From a virus: 64,000 nucleotides of DNA. Location: IMG/VR virus record IMGVR_UViG_3300035703_000016, positions 1 to 64,000 of that record, one strand, 5' to 3'. How positions within the stretch are numbered: position 1 is the first letter of the stretch; every line of letters starts with the position of its first letter. The translations under genes were made by a program, and so were the position numbers. Below, piece by piece: positions 1-8,214 of the stretch. The notes under the pieces are model-generated. The model did not search any database, was not told the DNA's origin, and saw only the letters and a list, made by a program, of their open reading frames with translations.

Positions 1-213
1 ATTACAAGAACTACAATCACTACAATAACTACAATCACTACAATCACTACAAGAACTACAAGAACTACAATCACTACAATCACTACAATCATTGCAATAA
101 CTGCAATAATTACAAGAACTGCAAGAACTACAATAACGACAATAACTACAATAACGACAATAACGACAATAACTACAATAACTACAATCACTACAATCAC
201 TACAATTCCAACA
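1..213. repeat. 9-nt tandem repeat array encoding Cys-X-X units
   Basis: Units such as actacaatc, actacaata, acgacaata and actacaaga repeat in register. Confidence 0.95.
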
Positions 214-339
214 TCCCGTATTAGTAGAATTGTCATCTACATAATTAGGGTTATTTTTTGCAAAAGTAGGCGATACACCATTTACTGATTTATCTGTTCT
301 GTTTATAAACTCTAAATAGGAATTAAAAATCTGTATCAT
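1..339 (-). CDS. Cys-rich (CxxC)n repeat protein, copy 1 (3' end runs off the window; not in the ORF track)
   Basis: ATG at 339 reads MIQIFNSYLEFINRTDKSVNGVSPTFAKNNPNYVDDNSTNTGCWNCSDCSDCSY...; N-terminus nearly identical to 2265..2615. Confidence 0.85.
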   Translation of the reverse strand, partial: MIQIFNSYLEFINRTDKSVNGVSPTFAKNNPNYVDDNSTNTGCWNCSDCSDCSYCSYCRYCRYCSYCRYCSSCSSCNYCSYCNDCSDCSDCSSCSSCSDCSDCSYCSDCSSCN

Positions 340-350
340 ATTACTTTGTT

Positions 351-436
351 GTTTGAAGAGACATTCATTATTAATTGTCTCGTTGTAAATCTACTAAAAA
401 TAATTGACACTAAAAAATTTATTTTGAGATATTCTT
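351..436 (-). promoter_or_regulatory. Repeated early promoter with type-A hairpin leader
   Basis: Minus strand ...TAGTGTCAAT..GTAGATTTACAAC-GAGACAATTAATAATGAATGTCTC; same leader at 4821-4859 and 5611-5649. Confidence 0.7.
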
Positions 437-443
437 TTTCTTA

Positions 444-1265
444 CTATGAGGCATACTTTTCAGCAATTTCCCATAGTTTAAGATTCATTTCCATATCAAG
501 CAGAGGATTATTGATTGCTCTCGCCTGTCTCTCATTTAACTCAAAACCTCCTTTGATAAGATTCTCCTGAGTGCGATTAAAAATATGCCATAAGTCATTC
601 TGTTCATCTTCTTTTCTCTTTGGTGTAAGAATGCTAAGCAGTTCATATTGCTCTGGTTTTCTATCTCCAGATAAACGTAGAGCCAGAGCTTCGGCAGCAA
701 ATGCAAATTGTTCTTTGCTTGTCATTGGCTTCATTATCCATTGATTGATACGTTTTACAGCACTCTCGATTTTTATTACTTGATCGTCTACTAATTTAGA
801 CACTTGTTCTTGAGTATACTTAATATGACGCTCTTTTATTGTACCAAAGTCTTGTGTTTTTATCATAAGTCCATTAGAGCACACTAGTCTGAAACAACCC
901 GCTTCTATTTGCAATGGACGATCACCATTGTGATTGTTAAGAATAACTATCTGAGGGCGACCTTCTATTCCACCTCTATTATCTTTCATATATAATTCTG
1001 GATGAGAGAATTTCATGATGTGAGTACCGTAAGTAGTATAGATTGGGTTTGCATTCTTACTCGTACTTTGTTTAGCTTCTACTAATTTCCAGCCAGCTGA
1101 GTCAAGATGTTCCACTAACTGGAGAGAGCTAGTAAACTTGTAGTCTTTTGACACTCTTGGAGCTGGTTTGTCAGCGAAGATTCCAGGTGCTTTTTCACGT
1201 GCTGCCTCAAGAGAAAGAGGAACTATAATGTTGTTTGCGTTATTTGTGGCTAATTGAGTTGTCAT
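444..1265 (-). CDS. DUF932/DUF945-family phage protein
   Basis: NnHNG..LQIEAGCFRLVCSNGL motif, R..D...DLWHIFNRTQENLIKGG and N..LW C-terminal motifs. Confidence 0.85.
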   Translation of the reverse strand: MTTQLATNNANNIIVPLSLEAAREKAPGIFADKPAPRVSKDYKFTSSLQLVEHLDSAGWKLVEAKQSTSKNANPIYTTYGTHIMKFSHPELYMKDNRGGIEGRPQIVILNNHNGDRPLQIEAGCFRLVCSNGLMIKTQDFGTIKERHIKYTQEQVSKLVDDQVIKIESAVKRINQWIMKPMTSKEQFAFAAEALALRLSGDRKPEQYELLSILTPKRKEDEQNDLWHIFNRTQENLIKGGFELNERQARAINNPLLDMEMNLKLWEIAEKYAS

Positions 1266-1283
1266 AACTTTGATTGTTTTAGT

Positions 1284-1350
1284 TTGTTTGATATACTGTA
1301 AATCTACTTAAAACTTTCGATATAAAAAAATCTGGAGATGTATATTTATT
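1284..1350 (-). promoter_or_regulatory. Repeated early promoter (type-C leader)
   Basis: ttgtttgatatactgtaaatctact is identical at 1284-1308 and 2100-2124. Confidence 0.6.
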
Positions 1351-1713
1351 TTAATCATCTGAGTACTTTGTCTTCTTAGAGCTTATCCGATTTATCGAAA
1401 CTATGCCGTCCATATGCTTATTATTGCGTATAGAATTATAACTCATCCTCCAGACTTCCTCATCCATAGAACCATTCCACTCGTTGAAAACTGTTATATC
1501 CATATAGACAGTAGTTCCAGTTCCGTACTTTATCTCTTCTCTTTTATCAGTTTCTGCGAGTAGGTTAAAGTAACACTTTATCTCCTGAGTTAATTTCCAA
1601 AACTTATCGCCCTTTTTAACTGGTACACCAAAGTCTATAGAGTCTGGCCATATCTGACGTGATGCGCACTGAATTTCGTGTGCTGCGGAGTAGAATTCTT
1701 TGAATACTGACAT
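1351..1713 (-). CDS. Hypothetical phage protein
   Basis: ORF with its own promoter box (gtaaaagta at 1736). Confidence 0.7.
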   Translation of the reverse strand: MSVFKEFYSAAHEIQCASRQIWPDSIDFGVPVKKGDKFWKLTQEIKCYFNLLAETDKREEIKYGTGTTVYMDITVFNEWNGSMDEEVWRMSYNSIRNNKHMDGIVSINRISSKKTKYSDD

Positions 1714-1787
1714 ACTTTATTGTTATTGGTACTAAGTAAAAGTAATAAAAAAAGTTGAAAGTAGAAAGCTTTTTGACAAGTATTTTT

Positions 1788-2090
1788 TTACTTAATATAA
1801 TGGACGCCCTCTGCCATGACATCCATATAATAAGCTCTGGCCTCTTCTAGTGCGGTTCTGTGCGCTTTTGGAACATCTTGTATATCTTTCCAATGTCTAC
1901 TATAGCTCTTTTTATTTGGACTATCTGGGAAATAGTTTTGTCCAGAGTAATATTCACATGCTTCTTGTCCTTTACGAGGACCATTAACATATATGATATA
2001 GTTAATGCTTGTCCCTATTGATATTCTATTTTCAACGATATCACATTCTGGATTATGATTTTTGTGACTAAGAAGTTTGAATTGGCTCAT
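1788..2090 (-). CDS. Hypothetical phage protein
   Basis: ORF with promoter box at 2114. Confidence 0.7.
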   Translation of the reverse strand: MSQFKLLSHKNHNPECDIVENRISIGTSINYIIYVNGPRKGQEACEYYSGQNYFPDSPNKKSYSRHWKDIQDVPKAHRTALEEARAYYMDVMAEGVHYIK

Positions 2091-2264
2091 TTTGCTTTGT
2101 TGTTTGATATACTGTAAATCTACTGCAAAAAATTGACACTAGAAAGAAAAATCTCAAGTATTTGTTTTTATAATGTAAAAAATGAGATGCTCTTAGGGTC
2201 CCTGTAATAGAATTTATACTGTTGTCCATATTGATATTTTTATTTTCAACAATATAATGTATAT

Positions 2265-2615
2265 TTAATTGATGTTACTACAATCACTACAATCACTACA
2301 ATCACTACAAGAACTACAAGAACTACAATCACTACAATCATTGCAATAACTGCAATAATTACAAGAACTGCAAGAACTACAATAACGACAATAACTACAA
2401 TAACGACAATAACGACAATAACGACAATAACTACAATAACTACAATCACTACAATCACTACAATCATTGCAATAACTGCAATTCCAACATCCTTTATTAG
2501 TAGAATTGTCATCTACATAATTAGGGTTATTTTTTGCAAAAGTAGGCGATACACCATTTACTGATTTATCTGTTCTGTTTATAAACTCTAAATAGGAATT
2601 AAAAATCTGTGTCAT
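2265..2615 (-). CDS. Cys-rich repeat protein, copy 2 (42-aa head plus 24 CxxC units)
   Basis: Translation; promoter box at 2640; paralogue of 1..339 and 5150..5599. Confidence 0.85.
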   Translation of the reverse strand: MTQIFNSYLEFINRTDKSVNGVSPTFAKNNPNYVDDNSTNKGCWNCSYCNDCSDCSDCSYCSYCRYCRYCRYCSYCRYCSSCSSCNYCSYCNDCSDCSSCSSCSDCSDCSDCSNIN

Positions 2616-2698
2616 ATTGCTTTGTTTGTTTAGTACTTAGTAAAAGTAAGAGATTAAAACGACACTTGAAAGTATTTTGTCAAGTATTTGTTTTTATA

Positions 2699-3652
2699 CT
2701 ATGAGGCCGATGGTACTGTTATATCAGCCCCATTCCTATTGATTACGAATTGCTTTGGCTCTTCACTCACCTCAGACTCATCAGTAACATATCCATAATG
2801 TATCTCATTATTATTTAATTGATATGACCAACGGATATCGGCCTGACCATTTCTATTTTTAGTAAAAACTATATATGTTCCACCTCCATCGGACATTTTC
2901 TCCTTTTTCATTTCCATATGGGCGTCAGTCATATGTTTAACTTTGTTACTACCAACAAATACTCCACCTTTAGTAACTTGATTAATTAATAAAAAAGATG
3001 AATATACGTTTCTTTTATTCTGTCCTTCATTATGAGTTACACACAAATCGATCAACCACTTTTCTACTTCTTTTAAACTCATTCCAGCGTCTTCTCTCAC
3101 AGATTCCATCATTTCTGCCATAGAGTCAATAAGAACATAATCAAACCCTTCAGATAAGATTTGTTCAACTACGTCTTTCATATTATCACTTAGAAAGTCT
3201 GAAGCAATAAGAGTCTTAACACAACCGAATATAGGGAATCTTTGCATATATTTGTAAAGTTGGATTTTTCCCATTTCACATGATATAAAAAGACATTTGA
3301 GTTTTTTATTATTTTTCTGGAGATTAGCGAGAGTATGTAAAAGAACCGTTGTCTTACCCACTCCTGGATCGCCAGTACACATGATATTAGTTCCAACTGG
3401 AATACCACCTTCGTATGAGATTAATTTATCTATGACTATTCCAGTCTTGTGAGTAACTAACATATTCTCATTAATATCTAAAGACTCAAGTGTTGAAACT
3501 TTATCAAAAGATATTGGCTTTTTTTCAACTACTTTCATATTTCCTACAGCACCTGTTTTATTTGCTAGATACTCTTCTACTGTGATACCCATTTGCTTTG
3601 CTTTCAGTTTTGCATAATACATTTGTGAATAACTCATATTGGCAGTTGACAT
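2699..3652 (-). CDS. RadA/Sms-like RecA-fold ATPase (no Zn finger, no Lon domain)
   Basis: Walker A GDPGVGKTT, Walker B VLIDS, QVTKGG.FVGSNKVKHMTDA and KNRNG (KNRFG-like) motifs. Confidence 0.8.
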   Translation of the reverse strand: MSTANMSYSQMYYAKLKAKQMGITVEEYLANKTGAVGNMKVVEKKPISFDKVSTLESLDINENMLVTHKTGIVIDKLISYEGGIPVGTNIMCTGDPGVGKTTVLLHTLANLQKNNKKLKCLFISCEMGKIQLYKYMQRFPIFGCVKTLIASDFLSDNMKDVVEQILSEGFDYVLIDSMAEMMESVREDAGMSLKEVEKWLIDLCVTHNEGQNKRNVYSSFLLINQVTKGGVFVGSNKVKHMTDAHMEMKKEKMSDGGGTYIVFTKNRNGQADIRWSYQLNNNEIHYGYVTDESEVSEEPKQFVINRNGADITVPSAS

Positions 3653-3734
3653 ATTGCTTTAGTTTTTTAGTACATTGTAAATATACAAGAAATAAACGAA
3701 ACTTTAAAGTTTTTTTCGGATATTTTTTTTCTTA

Positions 3735-4019
3735 CTATGAATTAAATATCCTCTCGTACTCAGTCACATCCTTTGGCACCCACCTCACACCGTTATATTT
3801 ATGTTCTATTGCTGGATATCTATGCGCTTCGTGATTAGTGGCACCATATATTGTTTCATTCATATCTGCGCAATATATCACGTATCCATATTCTTGCGCC
3901 CCTATTTGACAGTTCTGCTTCCAATGCTCTTTGGCTGCCTTGAGAGTAGAGAAGGTGCCACAGAATGAGTTATATTTACATTCTGCAACCAGGGTAAATA
4001 TTTGCTTTGTCTTTGTCAT
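3735..4019 (-). CDS. Hypothetical phage protein
   Basis: ORF preceded by a type-B leader and promoter box at 4062. Confidence 0.7.
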   Translation of the reverse strand: MTKTKQIFTLVAECKYNSFCGTFSTLKAAKEHWKQNCQIGAQEYGYVIYCADMNETIYGATNHEAHRYPAIEHKYNGVRWVPKDVTEYERIFNS

Positions 4020-4031
4020 TTGCTTTAGTTT

Positions 4032-4117
4032 TTTAGTGAATCAATATTCTATTGCTTCGTTGTAAATCTACTTAAAATAAACGACACTTTAAAGTTTTTA
4101 CTTAGATATTTGTTTTT
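4032..4117 (-). promoter_or_regulatory. Repeated early promoter with type-B hairpin leader
   Basis: tttagtgaatcaatattctattgcttc recurs at 6283, 6591, 10717 and (degenerate) 13243, always next to the TAnnTTTA box. Confidence 0.7.
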
Positions 4118-4118
4118 C

Positions 4119-4313
4119 TTATAAGTCTTCATCCATACCGTATTCAGCCAATTGCTCAAAAGTAGTGATAGTATCATCCTCTATTAGGACTATTAAACAA
4201 TCAAACTCTCGCTGTCCCACTTGATACACATATTCCCTTTTATTATCATAACAGAACTTTAATAATGCTTCTTTCATATAAGATGTTTTAGTAATGTGAG
4301 CGGCAACTGTCAC
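4119..4313 (-). CDS. Small hypothetical protein (true start probably the internal MKEALLK)
   Basis: ORF track; the GTG-start portion overlaps a hairpin at about 4296-4334. Confidence 0.55.
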   Translation of the reverse strand: MTVAAHITKTSYMKEALLKFCYDNKREYVYQVGQREFDCLIVLIEDDTITTFEQLAEYGMDEDL

Positions 4314-4355
4314 AAGCTCTTAGAATCCGCTCACTAATTCAGGTTGTATGATGCG

Positions 4356-4462
4356 TAGTCAAGACAGGATTCGAACCTGTATGGGTGTCTGAGTCTTGGT
4401 TTGCAACCATCTCCCCCATCTGAATTTTACTCCCGAGCGTCTACCAATTCCGCCACTTGACC
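4356..4462 (-). tRNA. tRNA-like RNA (Leu-type D arm, canonical T arm, aberrant anticodon/variable region; isotype undetermined)
   Basis: GGTCAAG/CTTGACT acceptor stem, TGGCGGAATTGGTAGACGC D arm, ACAGG-TTCGAAT-CCTGT T arm; 107 nt. Confidence 0.75.
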
Positions 4463-4518
4463 AAATTTTGAATTTCTACGCTCAGTTACCTATGAAATTC
4501 TAACAGTCCTAAGTTTCT

Positions 4519-4620
4519 TTATCCTATGATGCTAATTATAAACATCATCGCCCATATAATAAAAGTTCCAAGTGCTAGACTTAAAACAATAAAAGAGGAT
4601 TGAATTAATTTATTTTTCAT
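4519..4620 (-). CDS. 33-aa single-TM peptide
   Basis: Read by hand: MKNKLIQSSFIVLSLALGTFIIWAMMFIISIIG. Confidence 0.5.
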   Translation of the reverse strand: MKNKLIQSSFIVLSLALGTFIIWAMMFIISIIG

Positions 4621-4810
4621 AACTGAATATTTTATTTGTGAAAGATGTTTTAGTGTTATTAGTAGACGCTGGACATATGGAATGAAAAGGACCTAATGAC
4701 ATGGCTAAAGAATCAGCGAAGTTTTTAGGAAATTCAGATATTCCATTTATTTCTACAATCTGAAAGTATTCGTCCTTTATATTATAGAATGTGTATTTTT
4801 TATGTGTCAT
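4610..4810 (-). CDS. Hypothetical protein (start revised to MTHKKY at 4810)
   Basis: The ATG at 4834 lies inside the repeated type-A leader. Confidence 0.6.
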   Translation of the reverse strand: MTHKKYTFYNIKDEYFQIVEINGISEFPKNFADSLAMSLGPFHSICPASTNNTKTSFTNKIFSYEK

Positions 4811-4921
4811 ATTATTAGATGTTTGAAGAGACATTCATTATTGATTGTCTCGTTGTAAAAGTAAAGGAGTAAGTTGATACTATAAAGTATTTTGACAAGT
4901 ATTTCTTTTCTTAATTTATAT

Positions 4922-5065
4922 TTAGTTATTCAGTTCTTCTTGTATTTGCTTTTTTGCTTGTTGACGTGCACTTTTCTTAAAGACTTTTCTAATTTTCTTA
5001 GATACATTATCTCCCCAAAATTGAGACCATAATGCTTTTCCTCTTGAATTATGATATGCTTTCAT
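4922..5065 (-). CDS. 47-aa basic hypothetical protein
   Basis: Read by hand: MKAYHNSRGKALWSQFWGDNVSKKIRKVFKKSARQQAKKQIQEELNN; promoter box at 5092. Confidence 0.65.
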   Translation of the reverse strand: MKAYHNSRGKALWSQFWGDNVSKKIRKVFKKSARQQAKKQIQEELNN

Positions 5066-5149
5066 ATTCTATAGTCGTTGTTTGCTTCTTTGTAAATCTA
5101 CTTTAAAAATTTTTTTCAGATATTATATTTTCAACGATATTATATATGT

Positions 5150-5599
5150 TTAATTGATGTTACTGCAATCACTGCAATAACGGCAATTATTGCAATCACT
5201 GCAATCACTGCAATAACGGCAATTATTGCAATAACTGCAATAATTACAAGAACTGCAATCACGGCAATTATTGCAATAACTGCAATAATTACAAGAACTG
5301 CAATCACGGCAATTATTGCAAGAACGGCAATTACTGCAATCATTGCAATCACGGCAATAAGTGCAATTATGACAATTACTGCAATTACTGCAATCACGGC
5401 AATAAGTGCAATTATGACAATTACTGCAATCATTGCAATCATTGCAATCACGGCAATCACTGCAATTCCAACATCCCGTATTAGTAGAATTGTCATCTAC
5501 GTAATTAGGATTATTTTCTGCAAAATTAGGCGTAACGCCATTTACTGATTTATTTGTTCTGTTTAAAAATTCCGAGTAAGAATTAAAAATCTGTGTCAT
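5150..5599 (-). CDS. Cys-rich repeat protein, copy 3 (42-aa head plus 35 CxxC units)
   Basis: Translation; type-A leader and promoter at 5611-5700. Confidence 0.85.
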   Translation of the reverse strand: MTQIFNSYSEFLNRTNKSVNGVTPNFAENNPNYVDDNSTNTGCWNCSDCRDCNDCNDCSNCHNCTYCRDCSNCSNCHNCTYCRDCNDCSNCRSCNNCRDCSSCNYCSYCNNCRDCSSCNYCSYCNNCRYCSDCSDCNNCRYCSDCSNIN

Positions 5600-5713
5600 A
5601 ATCTATATTTGTTTGAAGAGACATTCATTATTGATTGTCTCGTTGTAAATCTAATGAAAATTATTGATACTAGAAAATTTATTTTGAGATATTCTTTTTT
5701 ATAATACAAAGAA

Positions 5714-5739
5714 AAACCCTCCATATTTAAGGAGGGTTT
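5714..5739 (-). terminator. Intrinsic terminator
   Basis: AAACCCTCC-8nt-GGAGGGTTT followed by a T-rich run on the minus strand. Confidence 0.75.
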
Positions 5740-5813
5740 GAAAAGTCTAAGACAAAGACTATTATATCCAGATTCAAGAGGTGGGAAATTAATATCTGGA
5801 TTTTATTTTATAT

Positions 5814-6269
5814 TTACTCTATTATTCCAAAGTTTTTTGCGACTTTTATTAATTCTTCAAATTTTTCTATATTTACAGTTTGTCATCCTACTTTTATTCC
5901 CTCTTCTGATACAACTGCGTCATATTCTTTAGTAATATTACAAACAGTAACTGGTTGTAGTCGTTCTACTTCGAATAGAGCAACAAACTCTTCAACTGAA
6001 TTTACAACAATAGGATATATTTCACGTATACGAAAGACATCCGCAGAGTTAGAAAAAGACAAAGATGATTGAGAAACATTTTCTTTAAAAGAAAATACTA
6101 ATCTTGGAAATTCTGGGTCGTACACCGTCGTATCTTCATATATAGGTACTCCAATACTTTTTAGATATTTTATGGCCGAGGTAATACTGTCCTGAATAAA
6201 TTGACTAGGATTGTCTGGAGTGTTACAGAAAACGGATTGAGTCGGCAAATTAAATGTTCGCTTTGACAT
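5814..6269 (-). pseudogene. Phage protein with an in-frame TGA at 5883-5885 (..GIKVG*QTVNIEKFEEL..)
   Basis: The frame continues 22 codons past TGA to a TAA at 5814; VG-C-Q would be the expected motif. Confidence 0.55.
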
Positions 6270-6380
6270 ATTGCTTTGTTTGTTTAGTGAATCAATATTC
6301 TATTGCTTCGTTGTAAATCTACTAAAAATTATTGACAATAAAAAATTTATTTTGAGATATTCTTTTTTATAATATAGACA

Positions 6381-6578
6381 TTAATCTCTATTATCACCTC
6401 TTGGATCCATTTGACCTTCAGTCCCAAAAAAATCATTATCTCGCATCTCGTCTAACATACTATTTTAACTGTCAACCCAGAGTTTTTTGCAATCTTTATT
6501 TGATTCATTCTCAAAAGATTTTACTATATTCTGAACAACTGTTTTGAAATTCTTTACTGTTGCTTTTTTGCTTGGCAT
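6381..6578 (-). pseudogene. Small phage protein with an in-frame TAA at 6465-6467
   Basis: MPSKKATVKNF...LWVDS*NSMLDEMRDNDFFGTEGQMDPRGDNRD; has a type-B leader and promoter. Confidence 0.6.
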
Positions 6579-6729
6579 AATCTCTATTTGTTTAGTGAAT
6601 CAATATTCTATTGCTTCTTTGTAAATCTAATGAATAATTTTGACATTAGAAAGTTATTTCTCAAGTATTTATTTTTAACATTTGATAACCGCCGCCTCTT
6701 ATATAAAAAAACAAATATCAATTTTTATC

Positions 6730-6978
6730 CTATGGATGAATTTCCTCTAAGTTACGTTCACACACACTCAACCACTTGTCTTTTGTAAACGTATGATGAT
6801 CCAGAAGTGGAATATCCAAATACCAACAATTTTCTCCATAGTCATTAACACAGCTTAATGAAAGAATAGTGCCAATTTTCCCTATATATTCGTCTAAATA
6901 CGCATAACGCTTTTCTCCATATTCTTCTCTTGTCTTATTAATGTTTCCGCAAATAATTACTTTGTCTCCTGGTTTCAT
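6730..6978 (-). CDS. Small KOW/SH3-like hypothetical protein, paralogue of 10465..10704
   Basis: Shared GDK.I..YIGK..TI...ND.G..C.Y.DIP..LSVCE.N.E pattern. Confidence 0.7.
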   Translation of the reverse strand: MKPGDKVIICGNINKTREEYGEKRYAYLDEYIGKIGTILSLSCVNDYGENCWYLDIPLLDHHTFTKDKWLSVCERNLEEIHP

Positions 6979-6986
6979 ATATAATT

Positions 6987-7184
6987 TTATTTTGTTATTA
7001 TATTAACTCTATCTCTTATTCCTTCTGGATTAGTATGAAAATTAAAATTTGATTGAAGTTCTGTGTGTAAAGGTATTAGAATGCTAGAATAACCAAGATC
7101 TGGTAAATTATCTTCAAGTTGCTCATAATATGATCTAATTACTTTTAATCCATTTTCCTCTATACTCGACGTTATCTGTTTCAT
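6987..7184 (-). CDS. Small hypothetical protein
   Basis: ORF track. Confidence 0.55.
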   Translation of the reverse strand: MKQITSSIEENGLKVIRSYYEQLEDNLPDLGYSSILIPLHTELQSNFNFHTNPEGIRDRVNIITK

Positions 7185-7752
7185 CCCGGGATACCTTTTT
7201 TGTTTTTAATTATTTAATTGATTATCTAAAGTTAATTCTATATTATTGACAATAATAATATGTATAGGAGTACTAAGATAGTTAAATAGATATTTATAAT
7301 TAACATGATCTGGTTTATTATTATATAAAATTAAGTCTAATAATATTGATGATTCTAAAAATACCTTTTTCATTTTATTTCATAATCATTTGACTTTGTA
7401 AAGAATCGTTTATATTTATTCTTAAAATATTATATATAGGAATTCTAAGATAATTACGCGTATATTTATACATATCAGATTTAATAAATTCTATATTTAA
7501 ACCTGTACGATAAATTAAATTGAAATCTAACAATGATTTTAAGAAAACAATGTTTTCATTTATCTGGATAATAGTATATTTATAATAAATTGTAGCTCTT
7601 TAAAATTATTCAATACCTTTTTCGATTTACATCAAAACTGGTATATTTATGATTATAGAATCACGGTTAAAAAGCACATAAAGATTGTCGCAGTAGGCCG
7701 GTGGTCCCGAGTACTTCGCCTTGAGCTAGGAAACAGGATGACAAACTAAAAG

Positions 7753-7950
7753 CTAAATAACAAAGATTCTAAATATAAAGACTACGATTAAATAAATACC
7801 AATAGCTGTTATTATCTTACTAATAGATTCTATTGCTATAAGAGTAAAATAGTCTGTAATATGATGTTTAATCTTATTACAAACTATAATAACAAGACCT
7901 AAAGTCAGTATACTTAATAAAGAGATATACGCGTCGATTAACTGTTCCAT
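7753..7950 (-). CDS. Small 2-TM membrane protein
   Basis: Two hydrophobic stretches; promoter box 4 nt upstream of the ATG. Confidence 0.6.
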   Translation of the reverse strand: MEQLIDAYISLLSILTLGLVIIVCNKIKHHITDYFTLIAIESISKIITAIGIYLIVVFIFRIFVI

Positions 7951-8214
7951 GCAGTAAATTTAACTCTTTTTGTTTAAATAAGAGAGATTAAGTTGAAAGT
8001 CATCGCAAATATTTTTAAAAGTATGCTTGATTACTAAGAAGTTATGTTTTTTTCCTGGAAGTTTTGAGTGGAATAGGGATTCTAAGACTTTGAATTTTTG
8101 TTATTACCCACTTCCGTCTCCATATATTCCTATCTCTGCCTCATTTACCTCCAGATACCTTTTTTGTTTTTACTATATCCGATCTTCTCCACTCTTTCTT
8201 AATATTTTATTATC

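Noticed and set aside
1-213. Tandem repeats as a CRISPR array or DGR variable region
   Set aside because: The 9-nt units are contiguous with no spacers. No cas1/cas2 or reverse transcriptase is in the window, and the variation is in unit order and number.
2246-2512. Val/Ile-rich ORF (also 5140..5496) that looks like a membrane protein
   Set aside because: Alternate-frame shadow of the 9-nt Cys repeat. The Cys frame has the conserved head, ATG and promoter in all three copies.
4290-4340. GTGAGCGG/CCGCTCAC hairpin 3' of the tRNA-like RNA as a twister or theta ribozyme
   Set aside because: The twister-like words (TAAT, TCACAAGC) are on the non-transcribed strand and the required P4 and pseudoknot pairings could not be formed. 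It is probably a simple hairpin.
7695-7744. HDV-like ribozyme (GGCCGG..TGGTCCC start)
   Set aside because: P1 and P2 partner strands were not found. Kept only as an unassigned structured-RNA candidate.
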